This document shows positions 31,345 through 45,163 of a stretch of 64,000 nt of DNA, piece after piece. The first letter of the stretch is position 1, and every line of letters starts with the position of its first letter. The stretch is from Desulfatiglandales bacterium (GTDB lineage: Bacteria > Desulfobacterota > DSM-4660 > Desulfatiglandales > Desulfatiglandaceae), in the NCBI GenBank assembly GCA_963662465.1, contig OY759599.1:6048001-6112000 (forward strand). Reading direction: 5' to 3'. A program made the position numbers and the translations under genes. The notes beneath the pieces are model-generated. The model saw only the letters and a list, made by a program, of their open reading frames with translations, was not told the origin of the DNA and searched no databases.

Positions 31345-31462
31345 ATAGGATATCCCTATCGTAGGAAATCTGCGCGACCGTGAATATTCAAATATCTCAA
31401 GTTTCCAGTTGGTAATCCGTTTCCTTTGGATTCTTTTCAATTTATCATTACTACCTGCAAGT

Positions 31463-32590
31463 TTATACGGGGTATTTTCCTTGTGTCAACCGCATCCCTA
31501 AATCCCTGAGCTGATTCGCCATCCTGTCTACAGCGGATTGATTTCCAATTCGGGTCAGATTCCCCAGGTCCGCAATGGCGTCCTTAAAAATATCATGCTT
31601 AAGCACAGCAAGGAATGCTTTATGTTCGGGATGGCCCGGAATGTGAACCGCTCTTTCTTTGAACTCGCTGTTTGAAAAGGTTCCCCAGTTGAGCAGTTGG
31701 CCGAAATAGACATGATCAAACCGGAACCGTCTGCCCAGGCGGACAAAGTCCGGCATTTCGCGGAAGTTGTTTTCCTGGACCACCATACTGATTTTAACCG
31801 ATTTCAGGGGGCTGTTCAAGCGCAGGCGCCTGATAAAGTCCAGGTTATCCAGCAACCGGTTAAAGTCGCCACCCCTGCGGTTGACGGCATAAACCGCCGG
31901 TGTGGCGGCGTCGATGGAGATTTCAGCGGCGGTGATGAGCGGTTGAATATCCTTCGGCAAGGTATCCCACATGCGCGGGGTCCACAGCTGACCGTTGGTG
32001 TGCAGACAGATATCCTTCAGATTCGGCATTTCTTGACGGTCCATGGATTGCAGCCATTTTCTGAAAAAGGGGCTGCCGAAAGGATCTCCCGAACCGCTGA
32101 TATAGAGCAATTCGGCCTGTCCAAGGGCCTGTTTCCGGATTTTCTTTTCGATCGCCGCTATTTCCCGCCGGCTGTCCGTTTCCACGATCATGTGGTTGCG
32201 ACAGGTGGGGCACGTCAGGTTGCAGGACTGATCGTAGGTACAGATGATTTTTCGGGGACCGTAAGGGAGCCGGGTTAAGCCTTTTCTGATCACCTCCTGA
32301 AATATGGGGTCGGTAACGGCCTTAATTTTCTGAACCGGACCGGATCGGGTCTGTAAAAAGGCACATTTTTCAACATCACAGAATTGAAAAGACCCGTCCA
32401 GGATGGAGCGCCGGATGGCCCTGGCTTTTTGACCGTTCCAGATCTCTTCCACGGATGCATGCCGGATATTGCCGATACAGGTGTTCAGCCAGGACGGACA
32501 GCACAGGTATACACCGCCCCGGTCGTTTAGCTGGGTGATTTCGAACCATTCAAAGGGTTTGGAACAAAATATCTTTTGCCGCGGCCACAT
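31463..32590 (-). CDS. Radical SAM protein with N-terminal SPASM-like domain
   Basis: CNLTCPTC radical-SAM motif; N-terminal C..PF...VYLCC...IGN...EIWN SPASM-like segment. Confidence 0.85.
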   Translation of the reverse strand: MWPRQKIFCSKPFEWFEITQLNDRGGVYLCCPSWLNTCIGNIRHASVEEIWNGQKARAIRRSILDGSFQFCDVEKCAFLQTRSGPVQKIKAVTDPIFQEVIRKGLTRLPYGPRKIICTYDQSCNLTCPTCRNHMIVETDSRREIAAIEKKIRKQALGQAELLYISGSGDPFGSPFFRKWLQSMDRQEMPNLKDICLHTNGQLWTPRMWDTLPKDIQPLITAAEISIDAATPAVYAVNRRGGDFNRLLDNLDFIRRLRLNSPLKSVKISMVVQENNFREMPDFVRLGRRFRFDHVYFGQLLNWGTFSNSEFKERAVHIPGHPEHKAFLAVLKHDIFKDAIADLGNLTRIGNQSAVDRMANQLRDLGMRLTQGKYPV

Positions 32591-33055
32591 TTACTTCTTT
32601 CTAAGCTTATTCAATATGTTTTTCAGAAAATCTGCCGGATCCAGCTTCAGCCGAAACGGTCCGGGTGTCGGATCGAAGGTCTTTTTTTTAAATTCCAGAT
32701 TGATTTTCTGATGCTGCCAATCATCTTCAAAGTCGATAAAAGGTTCTCGAAGTTTTCTGAAAAATGCAGTGTTTTGAACGATGCGCACCTTTTCCCATTC
32801 GTCCTCCATTTGCAGGAAATCAAACAGTATCCCAACGGACGGCATGGTATAATCGTCCACCGCCACCATCCCCCCCGCCTTGAGCCTGAGCGATGAATAA
32901 TACCAGTCGATGATGGGGAGCGGGAACCGGTGAGCGCCGTCAATAAAGACCATATCCAGTTCCCGGGGGATATGGTCGCCGCACGGCAGCGCGATTTCCG
33001 AACTTTCACTGAGAAAGCTGATATGTTCAAGTAGATTGAGCTTCCGGCCGCAAAG
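32591..33055 (-). pseudogene. 5'-truncated class I SAM-dependent methyltransferase
   Basis: DMVFIDGAH...LKAGGMVAVDD motifs; the frame is open to about 33055 but lacks the N-terminal SAM-binding motif. Confidence 0.65.
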
Positions 33056-33270
33056 TTACTTTTGCGCAGCTGGAAAACCGGATTTTTCAAAAACAAACGG
33101 ACGCCGTCACCTCCCGGATCCTTCGCCATATCAGTATCTATCATCGTCTGCCGGCCCAGCGATGGGAAAAACGACGTATCAAAAAAAACTATTAACCTTG
33201 TAAAATTGCGCAATGTCTGGCATTATAACCTTGTAAAATTACTTCTATACAGTTTAAAAGCAAGGACATC

Positions 33271-34581
33271 GTGTACATGGAACGTCAAATTGACACAAAA
33301 CTTCTGGATTGGAAAAAGAGTGAATTCAGAAAGCCTTTGATCATAAGAGGGGCGAGACAGGTCGGGAAAACATTTTCCGTATCCGGTTTTGGGGCGAATC
33401 ACTTTGAAGCATTTATAAAGATCGATTTTGAACGGGATCGGACAAGCCACAAGATCTTTGAGGGAGATCTGTCTGCCAAAAGGTTGCTTTCGGAGCTTGA
33501 AATTCACGCCAATAAATTAATTATACCAGGGAAAACCCTGTTATTTTTTGATGAAATCCAGGAATGTGAAAGAGCCTTATTGAGCCTGAGGTATTTTTAC
33601 GAGGAAATGCCTGAACTCTATATTATTGCAGCAGGTTCCATGCTCGAATTTACGCTGGGCAATATATCCTTTCCCGTGGGACGCGTTTCCTTTGAATGGA
33701 TGAGGCCCATGACTTTTCATGAATTTTTAATCGCATCCGACCGGAAAATCCTTGCGGATACACTGCCGTCCATTTCAGACTTCAAACCCATAAGCCAAAC
33801 CACCCATCTTAAGATAGTAGAACAGCTCAAGCTTTATTTTCTCGTGGGAGGAATGCCAGAGGCTGTGAAAAGATATGCCGGAACAGGAAGCGTAAGCCAA
33901 AGTTTTATGGTTCATGATGAAATATTTCAATCGTATCTTCAGTCATTGGTAAAATACAATCAGAGAGCGGATGTTGACAGCCTGGATCATTTGTTGCGAT
34001 CTTTGCCTGCCCACGTGGGAAAACAAATCAAATATACCCGGCTGGACCCTGAGCGAAGAATTGAAAAAACCAAAATGTCTCTTCAACTACTTGAAAGAGC
34101 ACTGCTTTGCCATATTATCAGGTCATCTAATGCCGATGGACTTCCCCTGAATGCCGGCGCCTCGCTAAAAATCATGAAACCGCTTTTTTTGGATCTGGGA
34201 TTGATGCAGTACCATTGTGGGATTCACCCATCAGATATCTTGAATGAAAAGGACCTCTCAAAGGTATATAAAGGTGCTCTGGCGGAACAGTTCGTCGGAC
34301 AGGAAATATTGGCGGCGGGAGGATCTGAAAATTTCAAAATGTTTTACTGGTCAAGGGCAAAAAAGAGCAGCTCGGCTGAAGTGGATTATCTTTATGTGAA
34401 AAACAGCAGAATATTTCCCGTGGAGGTTAAAAGCGGACCGGCCGGGAAGCTCAAAAGTCTGCACATTTTCCTGCAAGAGCATCCCAATATTAAAAAGGGA
34501 TATGTCATGTCTTCGGCTCTTTTTGAGAAACAAACAGCGAAAAACCTCGTATTCATGCCGATGTACACAAGATTTAAGTGA
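33271..34581 (+). CDS. AAA+ ATPase with DUF4143 domain
   Basis: GARQVGKT, FFDEIQ, GGMPEAV and C-terminal EVD...PVEVKSG motifs. Confidence 0.9.
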   Translation: MYMERQIDTKLLDWKKSEFRKPLIIRGARQVGKTFSVSGFGANHFEAFIKIDFERDRTSHKIFEGDLSAKRLLSELEIHANKLIIPGKTLLFFDEIQECERALLSLRYFYEEMPELYIIAAGSMLEFTLGNISFPVGRVSFEWMRPMTFHEFLIASDRKILADTLPSISDFKPISQTTHLKIVEQLKLYFLVGGMPEAVKRYAGTGSVSQSFMVHDEIFQSYLQSLVKYNQRADVDSLDHLLRSLPAHVGKQIKYTRLDPERRIEKTKMSLQLLERALLCHIIRSSNADGLPLNAGASLKIMKPLFLDLGLMQYHCGIHPSDILNEKDLSKVYKGALAEQFVGQEILAAGGSENFKMFYWSRAKKSSSAEVDYLYVKNSRIFPVEVKSGPAGKLKSLHIFLQEHPNIKKGYVMSSALFEKQTAKNLVFMPMYTRFK

Positions 34582-34760
34582 ACCACCCTTCAAAAACCCC
34601 TTTACAAAGGTTACCGTTAAAGATTACATTTCCCAAACAAATTCACAAGCATTCTCGTTATGGTGTTTTATTCCTTGAAATCCTGTCAACAATAACAAGA
34701 ATAAGAACACTTAACATTTTTTACTTTGCGGCTTGCCGCTTGAGGAAGGATTGTATTTAC

Positions 34761-35417
34761 ATGGAGCAGAGCAGTCACATTCAGAAAGAGGCGTTATTGA
34801 AAGAGGCAAAAACTAGAAGTGGGTTGAAAAAAAAGGGTGTATTTCGGGAATATGCGGAGGCGGCGATCATTGCTGTTCTTCTGGCGCTTTTTATTCGAAC
34901 CTTTGTGGTGCAGGCCTTTAAAATTCCGTCAGGCTCCATGAAACCCACACTTCTGGTGGGCGACCATATTCTGGTCAACAAATTTTTATATGGCATCAAG
35001 ATTCCCTTTATCAACAAAACCCTGATCCCTGTCAGCGACCCCAAACGGGGCGATGTCATCGTTTTCATTTACCCCGTGGACCCGGATAAGGATTTTATCA
35101 AGCGTGTTATCGGACTTCCCGGCGACAAGATTGAGATGTCGGGTAAAAAAGTGTTGATCAATGGTAAGCCGTACGATGACAAACACGGATTTTATTCCAA
35201 TTTGGGCCGAACAACCGATGCCAAGGTCGGAGAAAATAGCCATTTCGGCCCGGTCACGGTCCCCGAGGGACATCTCTTTGTCATGGGGGACAACCGAAAC
35301 CATAGCTATGACAGCCGGTTTTGGGGATTTGTGCCCCTGTCGTCGGTCAAAGGAAAAGCCTTTATCATTTACTGGTCCTGGCCCCACTGGAAACGGTTTC
35401 TACACATTGTAAACTAA
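34761..35417 (+). CDS. lepB: Signal peptidase I
   Basis: IPSGSMKPTL, FIKRVIGLPGD and GDNRNHSYDSRFWG motifs; ATG 34761 preferred over the ORF-track start. Confidence 0.95.
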   Translation: MEQSSHIQKEALLKEAKTRSGLKKKGVFREYAEAAIIAVLLALFIRTFVVQAFKIPSGSMKPTLLVGDHILVNKFLYGIKIPFINKTLIPVSDPKRGDVIVFIYPVDPDKDFIKRVIGLPGDKIEMSGKKVLINGKPYDDKHGFYSNLGRTTDAKVGENSHFGPVTVPEGHLFVMGDNRNHSYDSRFWGFVPLSSVKGKAFIIYWSWPHWKRFLHIVN

Positions 35418-35522
35418 AGTGTTGACAGAATATTATTCATTGCGTAAACTGAAAACTTTTCAAAAACCAATAACCGATATCGCTGTTTGCGGGTTCAAAA
35501 TCGTCATTTTCCCTAACCCTGA

Positions 35523-39083
<3,561 letters not shown>

Positions 39084-39129
39084 GTGTGATAGAACAGCCG
39101 GAAGGTCGAAAACCTTAACCATGATTTTT

Positions 39130-39161
39130 AAAAAAGGCCTCTTTTTAAGAGGCCTTTTTTT
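39130..39161. terminator. Bidirectional intrinsic terminator
   Basis: AAAAAAGGCCTCT-TTTTA-AGAGGCCTTTTTT between the convergent PFOR and surE genes. Confidence 0.85.
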
Positions 39162-39239
39162 ATTTGGGTCCGAATATCGAACAAGGAATGTCCGATGATG
39201 AAGTTTTACTTCGACAGTCATTATTCGATATTCTGCGGT

Positions 39240-40022
39240 TCAAAAAAATACTTTAAAATGCATGTTACAAAGGATATCGCTGTTTTTAAGTCGCACCAGC
39301 TCCCCTTCAGCGGTCAGATCGTAATGGATGGGAGTGATGGTAATCTTATTCTGTTTGAGGGCCGCGGAATCGTTGTCGGGATTTCCGTTTTCAATGAATG
39401 TTTCACCGCTCAACCAGTAGTAAACGTTTCCCCTGGGGTCACGACGTTTTTCAAAACGTTCCTTAAATCGGCTGGTCCCCTGTCTTGCCAGGCACACGCC
39501 TGAAATCTTTTCAGGGGACACCGGGGGAATATTCACATTCAGGGCCGTGCCGTCTTTAAGGCCGCTCTCCGTGAGAATCCGGATGATGTTTCGGCTGAAG
39601 CGGGCGGCGAAAGAAAAATCTTGCTCAGGTTGAAGGCCAAGCGATATGGCGGCGGAAGGAATGCCTAAAAATGCCCCTTCCGTGGCGGCGGAGACCGTTC
39701 CCGAGTAGAGGATGTTGACGCCCACATTATTGCCCCAATTGATGCCTGAGAGGATAATGTTCGGCGGCGGATCCAGAATCTCCTGCACCGCAATCTTCAC
39801 GCAGTCAGCCGGGGTGCCGTTGACGGCGTAGCCGAAAAAGATCCCCTTTTTGTGTACAGGTTTGACGCGTATGGGATCGGCAAGGGTGATGGCGTGGCCC
39901 ACGGCGCTCATTTCCAGTTCAGGCGCGATAACGTGAAGGTCATGATCGGATTTAAGGGCTTCATGCAGGGCAAAAAGCCCCGGCGCATGAATGCCGTCAT
40001 CATTGGTCAGCAGTATTTTCAT
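39240..40022 (-). CDS. surE: 5'/3'-nucleotidase SurE
   Basis: ILLTNDDG, GTPADCV and SGIN...YSGTV motifs. Confidence 0.96.
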   Translation of the reverse strand: MKILLTNDDGIHAPGLFALHEALKSDHDLHVIAPELEMSAVGHAITLADPIRVKPVHKKGIFFGYAVNGTPADCVKIAVQEILDPPPNIILSGINWGNNVGVNILYSGTVSAATEGAFLGIPSAAISLGLQPEQDFSFAARFSRNIIRILTESGLKDGTALNVNIPPVSPEKISGVCLARQGTSRFKERFEKRRDPRGNVYYWLSGETFIENGNPDNDSAALKQNKITITPIHYDLTAEGELVRLKNSDILCNMHFKVFF

Positions 40023-40256
40023 GTTTATGACCCGTGTTCCTGTTGCTTCCTGAAACCAATTTCTGTATATTTCCGCTTTACCATGAAAATGCAGCTGTTA
40101 GCGATTAGCTGTTAGCCGTTAGCTTGAAAGCGGTAGATGTCATTTTCATGCGAGGGGGGTGGCAAATCCCCTTGCCATGAAAGTTTACCTCATTTTCCAC
40201 AAAAACGCCATTTTCAAAAATGGGGCAACATCTTATCAATTCAAAGGGAGAGCAAC

Positions 40257-40787
40257 ATGGCCGTGGAAGTGAAAAAAAAGACAATGCTGCATCAGGGTCG
40301 GATATTCCGGCTTATGCGGGAAAATATCACCCTGGAAAACGGGGTCAACACGGATATGGATGTGATCCGACATCCCGGCGCCGCCGCCGTTGTCCCCTTC
40401 GTGGATGAAAACACCCTGTTGATGATTCGGCAATACCGGTATGCCGCCGGAGGGTATATCTGGGAGATACCCGCGGGAACCCTTGATCCCGGTGAAACCC
40501 CTCAGACCTGCGCCGAACGCGAATTGATCGAGGAAGTCGGATTTTCAGGGGGAACATGGCGGTTCCTGGGTGAAATTACCCCGCTGCCCGGTTATTCGGA
40601 TGAGTGCATTCATATTTTTGCGGCAACGGATCTGACCCCCGCACACCAGCATCTCGATCATGATGAAATTCTGGAGGTGCATAAGGTCGGCTTTCAGGAT
40701 GCCCTTGAGATGATTCGAAACAATGAAATTCAGGATGCAAAAACCATTTCAGGATTGTTTCTGGCAAAACTCCGGATGAAGGATTAA
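40257..40787 (+). CDS. NUDIX hydrolase (ADP-ribose pyrophosphatase-like)
   Basis: EIPAG...GE...AERELIEEVG Nudix box, QYRY and DAKT motifs. Confidence 0.9.
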   Translation: MAVEVKKKTMLHQGRIFRLMRENITLENGVNTDMDVIRHPGAAAVVPFVDENTLLMIRQYRYAAGGYIWEIPAGTLDPGETPQTCAERELIEEVGFSGGTWRFLGEITPLPGYSDECIHIFAATDLTPAHQHLDHDEILEVHKVGFQDALEMIRNNEIQDAKTISGLFLAKLRMKD

Positions 40788-40794
40788 AAAATCA

Positions 40795-41850
40795 ATGGTT
40801 TCGATTCGACAGCTGCTGACCCGGACGCCGGTAACGGTGTCCGCACCCTGTCGCGTGGACACGGGCGGCACATGGGATATCAAGGCATTGGCTCTTCCCC
40901 TGCAAGCCGTGGTTCCCGTCACCGTGAACATGGCGCTCACCCTCAGGACGACCGTAACCCTTCAGCCCTATGAAGACGGTTGGGTGAAAATATCATCCCG
41001 CGGCTTTGCCCGCACTGAAACATTCGCGACTGATCGGTTGCCGTTCGACTCGCCCTTCGGGATTTTCTTCGCGGCGGTGTCTTATTTCGGTTTTCATGGT
41101 TTGGAAGTGAAGATCGATTCCCAGTCTCCGGTCAAATCCGCTCTTGGGGGGTCCAGTACCGCCCTTGTGGCCCTGGTGGGCGCCCTTCAGGAAGTGCCCG
41201 TGCTGGATGACCGGGGCCTTTCCAGGAAAGAAATCCTTCATCTGGCCTATCACCTGGAAGACGGCGTCAGTGGCGGAAATTGCGGTATTCAGGATCAGGC
41301 CGCGGCTGTTTATGGCGGCGTTCACCTGTGGAAATGGCATTTTGGAAATTCAGTCGAACCTCTGACCCGAATTTCATTGTTGGATCAAAAGGGTCGAGAA
41401 ACGCTTTCAAACCATATCCTGGTGGCTTACAGCGGCAAGAGCCATGTTTCCGCCCGTACCAATCATCAATGGATCAATGATTTTCTATCCGGCAAAACAC
41501 GGTCTGGATGGATCAAGGCCAATGGCGTTGTGCATTCTTTTGCCCGAGCCATCGAGATCGGGGATTGGGATCAGGCTGCGTTTTTCCTGAGGGAAGAAAT
41601 GGCCTTAAGGCGCGAAATTACCCCCGAAGCCCTTGATGAGGCAACGGAAAAGATGGTGGGGACAGCGGAAAGCATCGGCTGCGGGGCCCGGTTCGCCGGC
41701 GCCGGGGCCGGCGGATCCGTCTGGGCCATAGGGAAAAAGGCGAACGTGGATATGTTGAGAAAAAAATGGCGGGAATTGCTGGCGCCCATAAAGAGCGCTC
41801 AAATACTTTGTGCCGGGATCGATTCCGAAGGGGTACGTCGGGACGTTTGA
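40795..41850 (+). CDS. GHMP-family sugar kinase
   Basis: APCRVD, PVKSALGGSS, CGIQDQ and GAGAGG motifs. Confidence 0.85.
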   Translation: MVSIRQLLTRTPVTVSAPCRVDTGGTWDIKALALPLQAVVPVTVNMALTLRTTVTLQPYEDGWVKISSRGFARTETFATDRLPFDSPFGIFFAAVSYFGFHGLEVKIDSQSPVKSALGGSSTALVALVGALQEVPVLDDRGLSRKEILHLAYHLEDGVSGGNCGIQDQAAAVYGGVHLWKWHFGNSVEPLTRISLLDQKGRETLSNHILVAYSGKSHVSARTNHQWINDFLSGKTRSGWIKANGVVHSFARAIEIGDWDQAAFFLREEMALRREITPEALDEATEKMVGTAESIGCGARFAGAGAGGSVWAIGKKANVDMLRKKWRELLAPIKSAQILCAGIDSEGVRRDV

Positions 41851-41861
41851 ATAAAGTATCA

Positions 41862-42134
41862 TCAATTGACGGTCTGCCGATACACCATCCCATAGGTTCC
41901 TGTTTCAAATAGTCCTTTCAGTTCCCCCAGGAGGGTGTTTGTGGCCTGTTCCACCATGAGGATATCCAACTCTGAAACCAGGTCCATGTCCAGACTTCCG
42001 ATTTCTTCTTCCAAATCTTCAAATTGCATTAAAAACGCTTCATTTTTAAACGCTTCACTGATGGCGCTGTGTACGTCAATGATGGTGCCGACGCAGTGTT
42101 GCACCCTGAGCCGATATTGGTCGGTTGTGTTCAT
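41862..42134 (-). CDS. Hypothetical protein
   Basis: Acidic helical ORF with AAGGA RBS, downstream of the pilT cluster. Confidence 0.6.
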   Translation of the reverse strand: MNTTDQYRLRVQHCVGTIIDVHSAISEAFKNEAFLMQFEDLEEEIGSLDMDLVSELDILMVEQATNTLLGELKGLFETGTYGMVYRQTVN

Positions 42135-42190
42135 CTGTTTCCTTTTTAATGATGTTGTACGAATCGCTAGTGGCATCTATTGCGTGACGC

Positions 42191-42862
42191 CTATCCCTTG
42201 CCTAGTTCGTCGAGTGTTTCCGTAAAGGCCCCGTAAAAATTCTCGTGGTTCCATAGGGCTGCTTTTAAGATGCCTGCAAATTCCTTCATATCCTTGGGGT
42301 TCACGACCAGGTTGGCACTCAACCCGAAGGCGGTCATGCGATCCATGGTGGTAAAGTCCGATCCCAGCAAAACCAGGAAGCTTTTTCTGCGGGTATGCAT
42401 GGGCAGCCGGTTCAGGTAGTGAAGTATGGGGCTCTGCGCCCATGGAACACCGTCAAAATGGTTTGAAAGAACAACCAGGTCAAAAAGATGAAAGCGCATT
42501 TTGCTGATGCCCTCTCCGGCATCTTTCACCAGAACCGTTTTGTAACGCAACCCTTCCGCAGCCTCTTGAACACCGCTGTCAGCTTCAGATTTATTTAACA
42601 TCAACAAAGCCAGTTTCGCTCCCTCTTCATAGAAATCGAGGGAAAAAGGATCCTCGTTGCGATATCCCTTATCGTGTTCAGGCAGCTCCGAACCCATTTC
42701 CGCGGGTTCCTGAATTAAAGGCGACGCCGGCTTGGCTTGGGTCTTTTCAAAAGAAATTTTACTGTTGCATTTTGGGCAATTGGCCGTTACCCGACCGTTT
42801 TCGGGAACTTTTTCATCAGGGATTTTGAGCCTGGCCTGGCAATTTGTGCAGACAATTTCCAT
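42191..42862 (-). CDS. Zinc-ribbon protein with degenerate receiver-like domain
   Basis: N-terminal CTNC...CPKC, linker, then FDLVVL receiver-like fold. Confidence 0.75.
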   Translation of the reverse strand: MEIVCTNCQARLKIPDEKVPENGRVTANCPKCNSKISFEKTQAKPASPLIQEPAEMGSELPEHDKGYRNEDPFSLDFYEEGAKLALLMLNKSEADSGVQEAAEGLRYKTVLVKDAGEGISKMRFHLFDLVVLSNHFDGVPWAQSPILHYLNRLPMHTRRKSFLVLLGSDFTTMDRMTAFGLSANLVVNPKDMKEFAGILKAALWNHENFYGAFTETLDELGKG

Positions 42863-42883
42863 TGATATCTCCCTATCCGTCGG

Positions 42884-44056
42884 TTAGCGCTTGTCTTTTT
42901 TCCCATATTTTGTATCCACCGTCAAGTTTTCAATGGTCGTTGTCTTTTCACCCCTGGCCGATTTTATGGAATCAATGGCCCGCCCCACGATGGCCCTTTT
43001 CGAAGCGTAGCTCATAGCAGTTTCTTCCGTGATGAGGTCTTTTTTGTAGAGACCGATGATGGACTGGTCAAAAGTCATCATACCGAAGGCATTCCCACCC
43101 TCTATGATTTCATAAAAGGTTTTCCCCTCTGACTCGCCGTGCAGAATGGAGTCCTTGACGCGCAAGTTGGCAGCCATGATCTCAAAGGCGGCAATACGTC
43201 CGCCGCCGATCTTGGGCAACAGACGCTGGCAGGCAATCCAACGAAGTGTGTCCGCCAGTCGCACGCGAATCTGGGTCTCTTCTTCCTTATCAAAAAGACC
43301 CACAAACCGGTTGACGGTCTGCCCGGCGTCCACGGTGTGCAGGGTGCTGAGTACCAGGTGCCCGGTTTCCGCAGCGGATAGACCGATATCCACGGTGACC
43401 CTGTCTCGCATTTCCCCCACTAAAATTGCCTTGGGCGCCTGCCTTAGCGCAGCCCTTAGCCCGGAGGCGAAAGAATCAAAATCTATGCCCAGTTCACGCT
43501 GGTTAAAGGTAGATTTTTTCTGGGAATGAACAAACTCCACCGGGTCTTCCAACGTCACCACATGGACGGATTTTTCTTCATTGATTTCATTGAGGACGGC
43601 CGCCAGAGAGGTGCTTTTGCCGGAACCGGTGGCGCCGGTTACCAAAACAATCCCGTTTCTTTCCTGCGCCATTTTTAAAAAAGCGGCCGGCAGTCCTATT
43701 TCCTTTATCGTCGGCACCCGTGTGGACAACTGCCGCATCACAATGGAATAACAACCCCGCTGGGAAAAAATGTTCACCCTGAAGCGGGCCTTTCCCGCCA
43801 GTTGATAGGAGATATCGCATGACCCTTCCGTCAGAAGATTTTTGATTAAACGACGATCTCCTTTAATCAGGTTAAGGGCGATGGCTTCGGTTTGAAAGGG
43901 TGTCAGTTTTCTCGGAAGCGGCTTCAGAAGTACGGGTTTCAGCTGTCCGGAGGACTCTACCTGGCAAGGCTTATCCACCGTGAAGTTGAGGTCCGACACA
44001 TTGTCGTAGGCCTTTAGCATCGACGTCAATATATAGTCGAGTTCCTGCTGTTTCAT
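42884..44056 (-). CDS. PilT/PilU-family type IV pilus ATPase
   Basis: GATGSGKST, EDPVE, GEMRD and TGHLVLSTLHT motifs. Confidence 0.93.
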   Translation of the reverse strand: MKQQELDYILTSMLKAYDNVSDLNFTVDKPCQVESSGQLKPVLLKPLPRKLTPFQTEAIALNLIKGDRRLIKNLLTEGSCDISYQLAGKARFRVNIFSQRGCYSIVMRQLSTRVPTIKEIGLPAAFLKMAQERNGIVLVTGATGSGKSTSLAAVLNEINEEKSVHVVTLEDPVEFVHSQKKSTFNQRELGIDFDSFASGLRAALRQAPKAILVGEMRDRVTVDIGLSAAETGHLVLSTLHTVDAGQTVNRFVGLFDKEEETQIRVRLADTLRWIACQRLLPKIGGGRIAAFEIMAANLRVKDSILHGESEGKTFYEIIEGGNAFGMMTFDQSIIGLYKKDLITEETAMSYASKRAIVGRAIDSIKSARGEKTTTIENLTVDTKYGKKDKR

Positions 44057-44080
44057 CGCAATGCCTCCCTCTTCTTTACA

Positions 44081-45163
44081 TTACACATCCGTAAAATCTT
44101 CCGGAGGATTCTTGAGATAAGGAAGAAATTTCGTTTTGTCGTTGGATTTCCCGTATGCCTCGTCAGGGCCGATTCTCCCTTTTGACAGGTGCTCCATGAT
44201 GGCGTCATCCAAGGTCTGCATACCGTATTTTTTTCCGGTTTGCAACATGGATGGGATTTGGAAAGTCTTTCCCTCACGAATCAGGTTTCGGACCGCCGGG
44301 GTGGCAATCATGATTTCCAGTGCCGCCACCCGGCCTTTCTTGTCGATCCGTTTAAACAGATTCTGGGCCACTACGGCTCTAAGCCCATCGGAAAGGGTGT
44401 TGCGGATCTGCTCCTGTTGATTGGTGGGAAAAACCTCAATCACGCGGTCCACGGTCTTGGCGGCGCTGGTGGTGTGAAGGGTTCCGAAAACCAGGTGACC
44501 GGTCGCCGAGGCCTCAATGGCCAGGGATATGGTTTCCAGGTCCCTCATTTCGCCTACCAGAATAATGTCCGGGTCTTCCCTCAAAGCGCCCTTCAGCGCT
44601 GCTGTAAACGATCGGGTATGAAGGCCCACTTCCCGGTGATTCACGATGGCTTTCTGGCTTTTATGAACGAATTCAATGGGATCCTCAATGGTCAGGATGT
44701 GGTCTTTGCGGGTCCTGTTGGCTTCATCCACAATGGCCGCCAAAGTAGTTGATTTGCCGCTTCCGGTCGGCCCGGTCACCAGCACAAGTCCCCTTGGCAA
44801 AGAGGCCAGTTTCCGAACGACGGGGGGCAACCCCAGCTGTTCACAGGTGAGAATATCAGAAGGGATTTCCCTGAAAACCGCTCCCACACCGTATTTTTGT
44901 TGAAAAAAATTGGCCCGGTAACGAGCAAGGTTTGGGATTTCATAAGCGAAGTCTACATCTCCGGTTTCTTCAAAAACCTTTACCTTTTCTTCCGGAGCGA
45001 TTTCATAGAGCATCCCTTTGAGCGTATCGTTATCCAGGGCCTTATATTTTACCCGTTCAAGCTCACCCTGTATTCGCAAAACGGGCTGTTGGCCCGACAT
45101 CAGGTGAAGGTCCGATGCCCCCTGATCATTCATCAACCTGAAAAACGCATCAATTTGCGCCAT
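44081..45163 (-). CDS. pilT: Type IV pilus retraction ATPase PilT
   Basis: ASDLHL, GPTGSGKST, LREDPD and AVRNLIRE motifs. Confidence 0.95.
   Translation of the reverse strand: MAQIDAFFRLMNDQGASDLHLMSGQQPVLRIQGELERVKYKALDNDTLKGMLYEIAPEEKVKVFEETGDVDFAYEIPNLARYRANFFQQKYGVGAVFREIPSDILTCEQLGLPPVVRKLASLPRGLVLVTGPTGSGKSTTLAAIVDEANRTRKDHILTIEDPIEFVHKSQKAIVNHREVGLHTRSFTAALKGALREDPDIILVGEMRDLETISLAIEASATGHLVFGTLHTTSAAKTVDRVIEVFPTNQQEQIRNTLSDGLRAVVAQNLFKRIDKKGRVAALEIMIATPAVRNLIREGKTFQIPSMLQTGKKYGMQTLDDAIMEHLSKGRIGPDEAYGKSNDKTKFLPYLKNPPEDFTDV

Noticed and set aside
13277..33200. Island as a prophage, ICE or integron
   Set aside because: No integrase, structural or conjugation genes, and no attC-like array recognised.
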